Positions 7,907 through 15,500 of a DNA stretch of 39,203 nucleotides are shown here, piece after piece. This stretch comes from a virus: IMG/VR virus record IMGVR_UViG_3300032200_000007. One strand, 5' to 3'. The notes beneath the pieces were generated by a model, which was given only the letters and a program-made list of their open reading frames with translations, had not been told where the DNA came from and made no database searches. Within the stretch, counting starts at the first letter, position 1. Every line of letters begins with the position of its first letter. The position numbers and the translations under genes were made by a program.

Positions 7907-8244
7907 TGAGAAATATCAGCGCATCGCTTACGAAAAGGCAGATATTAAACAAATCAAAAAAAGAAACTCGCCGTCTCGGGTGGTGGTTTCTCAAGCCAGG
8001 CGATCATCTCATGTTCGTTGAAAAAGGCATGGGGCTCAAAAAAGGAGAAAAGATAAAGCGCTTGCACGAAGTTATTGTTGAATCAACTCGACCGGAACGG
8101 CTGGATAAAATAACCGAAATTGATATTGTAAACGAAGGGTTCCCAGGTAAATCTCCCAAATGGTTTATTGACTTTTTCTGCCGAACGCAAAAAAAATGTA
8201 CTCCTGCAACAGTTGTAAATGTAATCAGGTTCAGGTATGCATGA
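7903..8244 (+). CDS. ASCH-domain-like protein
   Basis: Pattern SLTKRQILNKSKKETRRLGWWFLKPGDHLMF...GLKKGE...NEGF resembles ASCH-fold phage proteins. Confidence 0.5.
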   Translation: MMRNISASLTKRQILNKSKKETRRLGWWFLKPGDHLMFVEKGMGLKKGEKIKRLHEVIVESTRPERLDKITEIDIVNEGFPGKSPKWFIDFFCRTQKKCTPATVVNVIRFRYA

Positions 8245-8507
8245 GATTCATCGCTAAAAAAGACGACAACCAAAGATCGATAGTACGCGACCTAGTCACT
8301 ATTGGATTTTCTGTTTGGGAAACCCACCAGCTCGGAAGCGGAAAACCTGATCTAGTAATAGCACTTCGCGGCGAAACCGCTGTCGTTGAAATTAAATCGG
8401 AAAAAGGGAAACTCAACGAACAGCAATCTGATTTTTTTAAACTATGGCAAGGAAAAAAAATCGTCGCCCGCTGCACCAGCGACGTGCTGAAAGAATGGGG
8501 ATTGTGA
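8241..8507 (+). CDS. VRR-NUC / PD-(D/E)XK nuclease-like protein (possible junction resolvase)
   Basis: ATG 8241 overlaps the upstream TGA. Motifs: DDNQRSIVRDL...GKPDLVIAL..ETAVVEIKSEKGKL..QQ..F. Confidence 0.55.
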   Translation: MRFIAKKDDNQRSIVRDLVTIGFSVWETHQLGSGKPDLVIALRGETAVVEIKSEKGKLNEQQSDFFKLWQGKKIVARCTSDVLKEWGL

Positions 8508-8515
8508 AAAAAACA

Positions 8516-8544
8516 TTGACTTTTTTAGAAAAGTAGTATATATT
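8516..8544 (+). promoter_or_regulatory. Sigma70-type promoter TTGACT-N17-TATATT
   Basis: Read directly: -35 at 8516..8521 and -10 at 8539..8544. The ATG of the next gene is only 8 nt past the -10. Confidence 0.6.
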
Positions 8545-8552
8545 TAAATAGT

Positions 8553-8822
8553 ATGAAAAACGCACATAATGTATACACGGAAAACAATATTTGGAAGCGG
8601 GCAAAAAAGGCTTCTATTACTCAAAAATCATTTTTACAGAAAGAACTTTTAAAACATCCAGATGGATCGTCAAGCGCCTTTATCGATTTGGCATACAAAG
8701 CAATTCTTTTGCTTGTCGATCCAGGTATCATTCATGACAAAAGCACTGATTGGAAATCAATAATTATGTTTTCAAAAAGTATAAATTTACCAATATCTAA
8801 ATATATTTCGCAAATGCCATAG
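8553..8822 (+). CDS. Hypothetical protein (89 aa), probably on a leaderless mRNA
   Basis: ORF track. There is no SD, and the promoter -10 ends at 8544. Confidence 0.5.
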   Translation: MKNAHNVYTENNIWKRAKKASITQKSFLQKELLKHPDGSSSAFIDLAYKAILLLVDPGIIHDKSTDWKSIIMFSKSINLPISKYISQMP

Positions 8823-8871
8823 TTAGCGTCAATAAATTTGCGCGAAAACATTTACAAATAGGCGGTTGGCT

Positions 8872-9153
8872 ATGTGGATTAAAGCAAGTGACAGGCTGCC
8901 AAGCGAAATGGGCCATTATTTGGTTATATGGGAAAATAGCTGTTCGAGAGATTTTCCGGAAATATGTAGCAAGTTCGATGTTTTGTTTTTTTGTCAGTCG
9001 AAATGGTGGGCTCCGGTGTCGGTAGAGTTTCCGGTTACACATTGGATGCCTTTACCATCTCTGCCAACCGCAGAAACAGCGGAAGGCGCAAATTTACAGC
9101 CGCTAACACACGCAGCCGAAAATGGCGAAGCGCCACTTCCGGCGGGTGCGTGA
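8872..9153 (+). CDS. DUF551-like phage protein
   Basis: MWIKASDRLPSE...VTHWMPLPSLP matches the DUF551 pattern (WI..D.LP ... THWMPLP). Confidence 0.6.
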   Translation: MWIKASDRLPSEMGHYLVIWENSCSRDFPEICSKFDVLFFCQSKWWAPVSVEFPVTHWMPLPSLPTAETAEGANLQPLTHAAENGEAPLPAGA

Positions 9154-9210
9154 ACACGTTATAATCAATTTTGCCGGAGAGCCTTATTATAGTCCGGCGC
9201 AAAAGGAAGG
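9153..9210 (+). repeat. Intergenic repeat element R1
   Basis: Sequence: aacacgtt-ataatc-aattttgcc-ggagagcc-ttattatag-tccggcgcaaaaggaagg. 9167..9211 equals 9644..9688 with one mismatch. Confidence 0.85.
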
Positions 9211-9217
9211 TCATCTC

Positions 9218-9523
9218 GTGGACGAAAAATTTAACCAGTGGGCGATGGTTGAGCTTTATGGTCACCAGCGTATTGTCGGTAAAGTAACGGAGGCGACTAT
9301 CGGAGGGTGTTCATTTATCCGTGTCGATGTTCCAGAGCAGGAAGATAAACCTCCGTTCACGCGCTATTTCGGTCAAGGGGCTATTTATTCCCTTAATCCG
9401 GTTTCCGAGGAAATAGCAATGGAGCTTCTCCGGAGCTGTCGTAATGTTCCGGTGCAGCAGTACGAAATGCCGCAAAGAATGTTAAGTGGCAGCAGTGAAG
9501 ATGCGCCGGAAGATGAATTTTGA
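9218..9523 (+). CDS. Hypothetical phage protein (101 aa)
   Basis: GTG 9218 (codon 33 of track ORF 9122..9523) lies behind AAGGAAGG. The upstream part of the track ORF is repeat element R1. Confidence 0.55.
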   Translation: MDEKFNQWAMVELYGHQRIVGKVTEATIGGCSFIRVDVPEQEDKPPFTRYFGQGAIYSLNPVSEEIAMELLRSCRNVPVQQYEMPQRMLSGSSEDAPEDEF

Positions 9524-9549
9524 ATCCGGCAAAACAGCTTATAACAATC

Positions 9550-9627
9550 GCATGGCGGGCGGAAGCCGCCCCAAATGCCAGCAGCACTGTAGGTAGCAAG
9601 AATTTGTAGGCTGGCACTTCGCCATGC
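9550..9627 (+). other. Nested inverted repeats (possible three-way-junction RNA or DNA structure)
   Basis: P1 pairs gcatggcg 9550..9557 with cgccatgc 9620..9627. P2 is ggcgg-aag-ccgcc at 9558..9570. P3 pairs tgccagc 9576..9582 with gctggca 9610..9616. No ORF is present. Confidence 0.25.
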
Positions 9628-9631
9628 CAAG

Positions 9632-9687
9632 AACGTTGCATAAAATTTTGCCGGAGAGCCTTATTATAGTCCGGCGCAAAAGAAAGG
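9632..9687 (+). repeat. Intergenic repeat element R2
   Basis: Near-identical to R1. The ORF track shows the same antisense peptide FLLRRTIIRLSGKI from both copies. Confidence 0.85.
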
Positions 9688-9693
9688 TTTGCG

Positions 9694-10023
9694 ATGTTAC
9701 CAACTGACGCGGCCATGGATCACGGAGCAAGGTGTAATGCTATTCAGAATGCATTGCAAAAAATCAACATACATATCAGTTTCGAACAGGCCGCTATTGT
9801 TTTAGTCGAGATCAGCAGAGACTTCAACGCATTTATGAGATTGCGCCGGAAGGAAAATAAGGAATCCGGCAAAACTGTCATGCAACAAAGCAAGGCAGGT
9901 TCCGAAGACTCCACCCAAATTTGCCCTGCTTGTAACGGTCGTGGTGGCGGATACAATCTTGCGTTGGCAACACCAATGGCATGTTCAAAATGTAACGGTA
10001 CGGGCAAACTTCTGCCTTGCTAA
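9694..10023 (+). CDS. Protein with a DnaJ-type CxxCxGxG zinc-finger pair
   Basis: ORF track; CPACNGRG and CSKCNGTG at the C-terminus. Confidence 0.6.
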   Translation: MLPTDAAMDHGARCNAIQNALQKINIHISFEQAAIVLVEISRDFNAFMRLRRKENKESGKTVMQQSKAGSEDSTQICPACNGRGGGYNLALATPMACSKCNGTGKLLPC

Positions 10024-10059
10024 TCCGGGTTGTAGGCAATATCGCCGAGTCTTAAATTG

Positions 10060-10362
10060 ATGGAGTTCGCCGTGAGCGCAAATGATGATTACGAGGCTTT
10101 CGCCGAGAGATTTTATAAAAAATTTGGATTCTTACCTTTAGGTAAAGATGATCCGTGTCGTCCTTCTGCCGAAACCATTCTTGCCCGCCTTGGTGAAACC
10201 CTTGGCGAACTCGAACTGGCGGAATCGGCGGTACGTGCCTATAACACAGGCAGCCTGCAATGCCCACACTGGGGACGTTCTACGGATGGCGTTCATGTTG
10301 TCGTGGTTGATAGGTGCTACAATCCTGATTGCCTACAGTGGGCACAGCAGGCGGGTGCCTGA
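10060..10362 (+). CDS. Hypothetical protein (100 aa)
   Basis: Track ORF 10057..10362; first ATG at 10060. Confidence 0.5.
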   Translation: MEFAVSANDDYEAFAERFYKKFGFLPLGKDDPCRPSAETILARLGETLGELELAESAVRAYNTGSLQCPHWGRSTDGVHVVVVDRCYNPDCLQWAQQAGA

Positions 10363-10363
10363 T

Positions 10364-10423
10364 GCCGTTATGCGAAATTCGCCCCGCCTTTTGGTTGTAG
10401 GGCGCTTAACATTCAACGAAGGG
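10364..10423 (+). repeat. Intergenic repeat element R3 (diverged)
   Basis: Sequence: gccgtt-atgcg-aaattcgcc-ccgcctttt-ggttgtag-ggcgc...gaaggg. Confidence 0.55.
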
Positions 10424-10430
10424 TTGTGTC

Positions 10431-10556
10431 GTGAGAAAGTGGCTTAAGCATATCGTTCATGCGGTCGCCGTCCGGGTTGGCCTTTCCAGGTGTCCGGCGT
10501 GCGGGTATTATGCATTTAACGGATCGGAATGTTTCGACTGTGGCTATCGCGCCTGA
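10431..10556 (+). CDS. Small zinc-ribbon protein (41 aa)
   Basis: Hand translation from GTG 10431 (GAAGGG RBS): VRKWLKHIVHAVAVRVGLSRCPACGYYAFNGSECFDCGYRA. Confidence 0.4.
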   Translation: MRKWLKHIVHAVAVRVGLSRCPACGYYAFNGSECFDCGYRA

Positions 10557-10709
10557 AGACAGCGGAAGCTGGGCGAACGTCCCCATAACAGCGAATATAT
10601 GAAACGCGGATTTAAACCCAGTGGCGAAGTGTATAGCCAAACGGTATGCGGTGATGCTCCGGGAAGGCTGCAGCTTATCCGGAGCTACATCCGCGCTTCA
10701 CATATTCGC

Positions 10710-10768
10710 AACACGTTGCATGCAATTCGCCCTTGAAGAAGGGATATTGTAGGCGCGGCAAAGAGAGG
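10710..10768 (+). repeat. Intergenic repeat element R4
   Basis: Sequence: aacacgtt-gcatgc-aattcgcc-cttgaagaaggga-tattgtag-gcgcggcaaagagagg. Confidence 0.7.
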
Positions 10769-10773
10769 TAACT

Positions 10774-10992
10774 ATGGATATTTGCGAAGGTTGTCAAGCG
10801 CGTGACGGTTGTCTATCGCCGTGTAATCGTAATATACCGCCCGACGATCACGAAGACGATGGGTGTCCTGATTTTGCAAACTGTAAGCGCATCCAGCGGT
10901 GGTTAGCCGCGCAGAAGGCTATGGAGGCGGGCGAACCACAGGCAACACCGCCAGCCCAAAATGCCGAAGCGGACACTTCGGGCGTGGCGTAA
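10774..10992 (+). CDS. Small Cys-rich protein (72 aa)
   Basis: ORF track; MDICEGCQARDGCLSPCNRN...GCPDFANCKR. Confidence 0.5.
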   Translation: MDICEGCQARDGCLSPCNRNIPPDDHEDDGCPDFANCKRIQRWLAAQKAMEAGEPQATPPAQNAEADTSGVA

Positions 10993-11068
10993 ACGTTATA
11001 CAAAATTCGCCCCGCTTTTGAATTATAGGTGGCGGCAAAACCACGGCGCATCGTGCGCCGAAGAAAGG
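10992..11068 (+). repeat. Intergenic repeat element R5
   Basis: Sequence: aacgtt-atacaa-aattcgcc-ccgcttttga-attatag-gtggcggcaaaa, plus an extra hairpin cggcgca-tcg-tgcgccg before the RBS. Confidence 0.7.
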
Positions 11069-11077
11069 AAAAAGAAA

Positions 11078-11467
11078 ATGGAAAACGTAATTAAGACAGA
11101 AATCCAGTTGAGCGAGGAGATGGTTGCCAAAATCGTTGCTTCTGAAACATCAAAAGCACTTGTAAAGGTGCCTGAATTTTTGGAGAACATGGTAAAACAA
11201 ATGCTTTTTCATCGCCCCAAAAAAGAGTATTCTTACAGCGAAGAAAAACCGACGCTGTATGAGTCTCTGGTTCAACAGTATCTGCGACCAATAGCAGAAG
11301 AAGAAATAAAAAAGGCAGCGGAAGAGTGGAGACCTAAATTGAGCGCAATAGTAAAAAAAGCATTCAAAACAAACGTTCTTGACAATAAAGCTTTTGAAGA
11401 AAGGATGTTGATTCAGCTTTCAAAGTTTTCATCGAATATTACGTTTTATGTGCCAAGTAAAGACTGA
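11078..11467 (+). CDS. Hypothetical protein (129 aa)
   Basis: Met40 of track ORF 10961..11467, with GAAAGGAAAAAG upstream. The upstream part of the track ORF is element R5. Confidence 0.55.
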   Translation: MENVIKTEIQLSEEMVAKIVASETSKALVKVPEFLENMVKQMLFHRPKKEYSYSEEKPTLYESLVQQYLRPIAEEEIKKAAEEWRPKLSAIVKKAFKTNVLDNKAFEERMLIQLSKFSSNITFYVPSKD

Positions 11468-11625
11468 AGAGCGCACGTCCTGTGCGCGGAATGCCGCCAC
11501 GGGAACACTAAGGAAGCGGGGCGAACTTCGTACAACAGCCGCAGCCCAACATGTCAAAGCCCACGTCGGGCGAGCAGCGGCGGTCCGTTGTGACGCAATA
11601 GGCCGCGAGAATATAAAGAGTGCAA

Positions 11626-11910
11626 ATGTTAAGTTTTAAAAAATGGTATCCGACGTACTCATGCTACAAGGTTTGGGATGATTCAAGACGTGAATATATG
11701 CGCGTGCACATGCAGGAGGCGTATGAAGTTGCGCTCCTAAATAATAAGAAAGCGCGGCCTACAGTTCGGGCGAAGCGCACCGTGCAACAACGCAAGGGCG
11801 AAACCGTGCTTGATTGCCGCGACTGCGTTGGTCGTGCTATGTGTCTAAAGGCGCGGGTAGGTTACATTTGCGGTGCTTTCAAACAGCGCACGGCATCGCC
11901 CGTTGCGTAA
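11626..11910 (+). CDS. Hypothetical basic, Cys-containing protein (94 aa)
   Basis: Track ORF 11620..11910; first ATG at 11626. Confidence 0.45.
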   Translation: MLSFKKWYPTYSCYKVWDDSRREYMRVHMQEAYEVALLNNKKARPTVRAKRTVQQRKGETVLDCRDCVGRAMCLKARVGYICGAFKQRTASPVA

Positions 11911-11966
11911 ACGTTGCACGCAATTCGGCCCTTGAAAGGCAGGCTATTGTATGAGCGGCAAAAAAG
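11910..11966 (+). repeat. Intergenic repeat element R6
   Basis: Sequence: aacgtt-gcacgc-aattcggcc-cttgaaaggcaggc-tattgtat-gagcggcaaaaaag. It starts within the stop codon, as R5 does. Confidence 0.7.
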
Positions 11967-11971
11967 AAACA

Positions 11972-12121
11972 ATGTTTAAAATTGCAGATACCGGAGAGCG
12001 TGTGGAATCACAACCACGTTGCGGTGGCCCAGAGGCGTTTACATCGATGGCTATTAGAGTTCCTGTTTCAATGGTTGAGGAGTGGCTTTTCAAAGCATGG
12101 CAAGCCAAGAGTGTTGTGTAA
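11972..12121 (+). CDS. Small hypothetical protein (49 aa; alternative ATG 11951)
   Basis: Hand translation: MFKIADTGERVESQPRCGGPEAFTSMAIRVPVSMVEEWLFKAWQAKSVV. The start was chosen by analogy with the other R-element/ORF junctions. Confidence 0.4.
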   Translation: MFKIADTGERVESQPRCGGPEAFTSMAIRVPVSMVEEWLFKAWQAKSVV

Positions 12122-12126
12122 AATTT

Positions 12127-12753
12127 ATGGATACAAGAATTATTCCAGATATCGGTTCTACACATAATGGTAATTTTAAAAATTGTGTTTCAGCAATAAT
12201 AAACGCCAGCGCTTCCGGAGTAAAAGATATAAAATTTCAGCTTCTTGAGAAAAGACACGTCAAAAATGGCAATATACCAATAGATAAAAAATGGTTGCCC
12301 GACCTTGTTAAAATCGGGAAGGAAAACAATATTAATGTTTTTGCTTCTGTCTGGTCTTTAGATTCAATGAAAACATTGAGAGACGCCGGAGCGGATACGG
12401 TAAAATTCGCATACTCAATGATCAATGAATTGTCATTGCAGAGAAAGGCGATGATAATGTTTGAAGAGGTTATAATATCTGGTGACATAATGAATGTTCC
12501 TATAATTCCATGCCTTAAATTATTTTGCGTTCCAATGTATCCGGTATATTTTAAAATATCTTTTGAAGAATTATTTCCAAAATTCGACGGCTTTTCAGAT
12601 CATACCATGGGAATAAGTCAGACGATTGATGCGATAAAATACGGCGCAAAAATCATAGAAAAACACGTGTGTCAAGACAAGCCTTCAAATTGTCCTGATG
12701 CGCGCTTTGCTGTTTCTTGGGACAAAATAAAATATCTTGCCGAAAGGTTCTGA
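12127..12753 (+). CDS. NeuB/PseI/LegI-family nonulosonic-acid synthase-like protein, short form (208 aa, no SAF domain)
   Basis: Motifs IIPDIGSTHNGN, SGVKDIKFQ, AGADTVKF, GFSDHTMGISQTIDAIKYGAKIIEKH and CPDARFAVS follow the NeuB TIM-barrel pattern. ATG 12127 lies within track ORF 12082..12753. Confidence 0.75.
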   Translation: MDTRIIPDIGSTHNGNFKNCVSAIINASASGVKDIKFQLLEKRHVKNGNIPIDKKWLPDLVKIGKENNINVFASVWSLDSMKTLRDAGADTVKFAYSMINELSLQRKAMIMFEEVIISGDIMNVPIIPCLKLFCVPMYPVYFKISFEELFPKFDGFSDHTMGISQTIDAIKYGAKIIEKHVCQDKPSNCPDARFAVSWDKIKYLAERF

Positions 12754-13401
12754 ATGAAAATCTTGATTATCGGGAGCAATGGAAGTACCGGAAAAAGATA
12801 CTCGAAAATTCTTTCTGAAAATGGAAATGAAATAATACCATACGACATAGAAGAATTTAAAAAAGACCTTGGATTAGAAATTCCATCTTGCGATAAAGCA
12901 ATTATAGCGTGTCCAACAAAAATTCATTATCATTTGTACTTTAGAACTAAAACATGGAATTATAATTTGAAACCTAATGATATTTTAATAGAAAAACCAG
13001 TTTCTGATAAAATAGAAAATATTACTGGAACATATGTAATAAAACCGATTGAATGCAAAATGGTTTGTAACTGGGCATTCGTATTTCCCGACGAAATATT
13101 GTACCCTGGGACAAGCACAGTATATTACAACTATTTAAACACGGGGAAAGAGGGCTACTGGTTCGACACGTGCCAGCTTCATATACTGTCAAACGGTAGG
13201 GGACAAATAACAAACGATAGTCCTCAATTCAATGCAAAGATCAACGATAGAACCATTACCAAGAAAATGATCGAAAAATCATATGAACGCATGATTTGTT
13301 CATGGTTGAACAACCCTGATGAAATATGGAATGTACAGGATTTGATACCAGAGCTATCTTACATTATAAGAAAGCATGATATCGAAAATGGACAAATCTA
13401 A
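12754..13401 (+). CDS. Rossmann-fold oxidoreductase-like protein (Gfo/Idh/MocA-like N-terminus)
   Basis: MKILIIGSNGSTGKRY plus an ILIEKP motif. It is embedded in the sugar cassette. Confidence 0.5.
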   Translation: MKILIIGSNGSTGKRYSKILSENGNEIIPYDIEEFKKDLGLEIPSCDKAIIACPTKIHYHLYFRTKTWNYNLKPNDILIEKPVSDKIENITGTYVIKPIECKMVCNWAFVFPDEILYPGTSTVYYNYLNTGKEGYWFDTCQLHILSNGRGQITNDSPQFNAKINDRTITKKMIEKSYERMICSWLNNPDEIWNVQDLIPELSYIIRKHDIENGQI

Positions 13402-13963
13402 ATTTGTAATAGGTATTCAGGCGAGAAGCGGAAGTACGAGATTCCCGTATAAAGTATTAAAATCGCTCGACGGATCACCGATGTGGCGAACAGTTTTGTA
13501 CAATGCGGAAAAAACAAAAATTGAAACATATATATTGATACCTCATAATGACGAAATGTTAAAAGATAGTGTTTACGAATGTGGGTGTTATGATAAACGA
13601 ATACTCGGAAATGAAAAAAAACCTCTTTTAAGATTTATAAAATTATTAAACGAACATCCGAAAGAATACATTATACGAATTACCGCAGATTGCCCGCTCA
13701 TAGGCAAGGAAATAATTCTTGACGTTGCAAATTTTGCAGAAAAGAAAAAAGCCGTTTTCGTATATAATGAACTAGATGGGATGGACGTACAGGTAGCGCA
13801 CGTATCTCTGTTCGAAAAAGAGATTTATCTTGACAATGAACACGTGTTCAATATGGAAAAAATAAAAGAACATGGACTTTATACAAAATGGGAAATGCAT
13901 CTTTCTGTAGACACGAAAGAGCAATACGATCATATTAAGTTTTTGATGGAGGATGAATCATGA
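13388..13963 (+). CDS. Acylneuraminate/SpsF-type cytidylyltransferase-like protein
   Basis: IQARSGSTRFPYKVLKSLDGSPM and IIRITADCPLIG match the CTP_transf_3 pattern. An alternative ATG is at 13376. Confidence 0.7.
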   Translation: MDKSKFVIGIQARSGSTRFPYKVLKSLDGSPMWRTVLYNAEKTKIETYILIPHNDEMLKDSVYECGCYDKRILGNEKKPLLRFIKLLNEHPKEYIIRITADCPLIGKEIILDVANFAEKKKAVFVYNELDGMDVQVAHVSLFEKEIYLDNEHVFNMEKIKEHGLYTKWEMHLSVDTKEQYDHIKFLMEDES

Positions 13964-15078
13964 TTTTCGGCGGCGCGTCAACGTTTTCTAAAATGCATTG
14001 CAATTATCCCGACGGGTTTCCTGAATATTTCGAGTGCTGTGAAGGACAATATTTAATTGACAATTCAAGAAACAGATATTTCGATACTGTTTCCGCCCTT
14101 GGCGCTCAACTTATCGATTACAGGAACGGCGGCATGATGTCGTTACCATGTTCTACGGAAAAAGAACTCGCTGAAATATTGAAACAGAAAATGCCGTTTA
14201 TTGAAATGGTAAGATACGGAAATAACGGGGCCGACACAAGCGAGGGGGCTTTGCGATACGCCAGGGCGCACACCGGAAAGAAATGGATTTTAAGCTATGG
14301 TTATCATTCGTGCCAATCTGCATTTACCAATCAGACACCGCCGGCGCTCGGATGCGTTGAAGGATTTATACGGCAATTTGAAACGCTTGATCTACTTCTT
14401 TCCTGGATGAATGTAAACGAAATAAACGATATTGCCGGAATAATCGTTGAGCCGGTCATTCTCGATCTAAACGTTAAACGAGAACTTGAAACATTGCGAA
14501 AAATAACAGCGCAAAAAGGAATAGTTCTTATTTTTGATGAAATAATAACAGGGTTCAGGGTCCCGGAGTTTTGTATTTCAAATTGGTTCAAAATATTTCC
14601 CGATATAATACTTTTAGGAAAGGGTATCGGAGGCGGGTATCCGCTATCAATTATCGGCGGAAGAAAAGAAATAATGAACAAGCCGGTTTTTATTTCCTAT
14701 ACCTTCGCCGGATTTCCGGAAGCGATAGACAGGGCGCTTTTCGTATGTACAACTTCAAACGATGATATTTTAAAGCTGTGGGAAACATCGGGGAAGTTTA
14801 TTCATGAATTTAACGAATTCTCTTTTGGCGTAAAGCTAAAAGGATACAATACCCGCTGTATATGGGATGGACCGCGAGAACTTGTTTATACCTTCTGGCA
14901 GGAAATGCTGAAAAAAAAAGTGTTTCTCGGGCCGGTGTTTTTTCCGAAACTTACCTGGACGGAAGAAATATTCAAAAGCCTTTTGATAACGTTCAGCGAA
15001 TGCATTCACGATATAAAATCAAATAACATTACGCTTTCAGGCCATATGCCGGAACCGATTTTCAAGAGGAATACATGA
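13960..15078 (+). CDS. Class-III PLP aminotransferase (glutamate-1-semialdehyde aminomutase-like)
   Basis: FGGASTFSK near the N-terminus, IIVEPV, DEIITGFR, and LGKGIGGGYPLS carrying the candidate PLP lysine. Confidence 0.75.
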   Translation: MIFGGASTFSKMHCNYPDGFPEYFECCEGQYLIDNSRNRYFDTVSALGAQLIDYRNGGMMSLPCSTEKELAEILKQKMPFIEMVRYGNNGADTSEGALRYARAHTGKKWILSYGYHSCQSAFTNQTPPALGCVEGFIRQFETLDLLLSWMNVNEINDIAGIIVEPVILDLNVKRELETLRKITAQKGIVLIFDEIITGFRVPEFCISNWFKIFPDIILLGKGIGGGYPLSIIGGRKEIMNKPVFISYTFAGFPEAIDRALFVCTTSNDDILKLWETSGKFIHEFNEFSFGVKLKGYNTRCIWDGPRELVYTFWQEMLKKKVFLGPVFFPKLTWTEEIFKSLLITFSECIHDIKSNNITLSGHMPEPIFKRNT

Positions 15079-15500
15079 AACTAAAAATTAATCTTGTAGA
15101 AGTAGACGCTTCAAACAATTCCGATCTTTTGCTTTTATGGCGCTGCCTTGCGGAACGTCCGAAACGTGCGAACATCAGCCATGATGGAAAGTTGCCTTTA
15201 TGGGAAAACCATGTTGAATTCGTCAAATCAAAACCGTACCGTGAATGGTACATAATAAAAGTCTTGGTCGAAGGAACGTGGATGAGTTGCGGGAACTTCT
15301 ACATTACTCACCGGAACGAGGTAGGAATTTTTATCCTGAAGCAATACAAGCGTTGCGGAATTGCGTTTTCAGTTCTGAAAAAAATTCCTAATAAGGGAGA
15401 ATTTTTTGCCAACATCGCTCCTCGCAACTACCCGTCGCAGCGGCTTTTCAAAAAATGCGGATTTGTTCACGTTCAAAACACGTACAGGAGGGGCAAGTGA
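15075..15500 (+). CDS. GNAT-family N-acetyltransferase
   Basis: VGIFILKQYKRCGIAFSVLKKI (motif A-like) and NYPSQRLFKKCGF. Confidence 0.65.
   Translation: MKLKINLVEVDASNNSDLLLLWRCLAERPKRANISHDGKLPLWENHVEFVKSKPYREWYIIKVLVEGTWMSCGNFYITHRNEVGIFILKQYKRCGIAFSVLKKIPNKGEFFANIAPRNYPSQRLFKKCGFVHVQNTYRRGK

Noticed and set aside
8553-8822. Calling the leaderless 89-aa gene a CI-like repressor, and the phage temperate
   Set aside because: I could recognise no helix-turn-helix motif. There is no integrase, excisionase or attachment-site candidate in the genome.
10599-10736. 45-codon ORF MKRGFKPSGEVYSQ...
   Set aside because: It has no SD, and its 3' end runs through repeat element R4, which is noncoding at the other five loci.
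9153-11966. R elements as integron attC sites or as T7-type single-subunit RNAP promoters (TATAG box)
   Set aside because: The GTT-containing box does not fit the GTTRRRY core, and no integrase is present. The TATAG resemblance to T7/SP6 promoters is short, and the genome encodes no phage RNAP.
12082-12126. Upstream start (12082) for the NeuB-like gene
   Set aside because: It would overlap the preceding small ORF and add a non-homologous extension. ATG 12127 begins directly at the conserved IIPDIGSTHNGN block.
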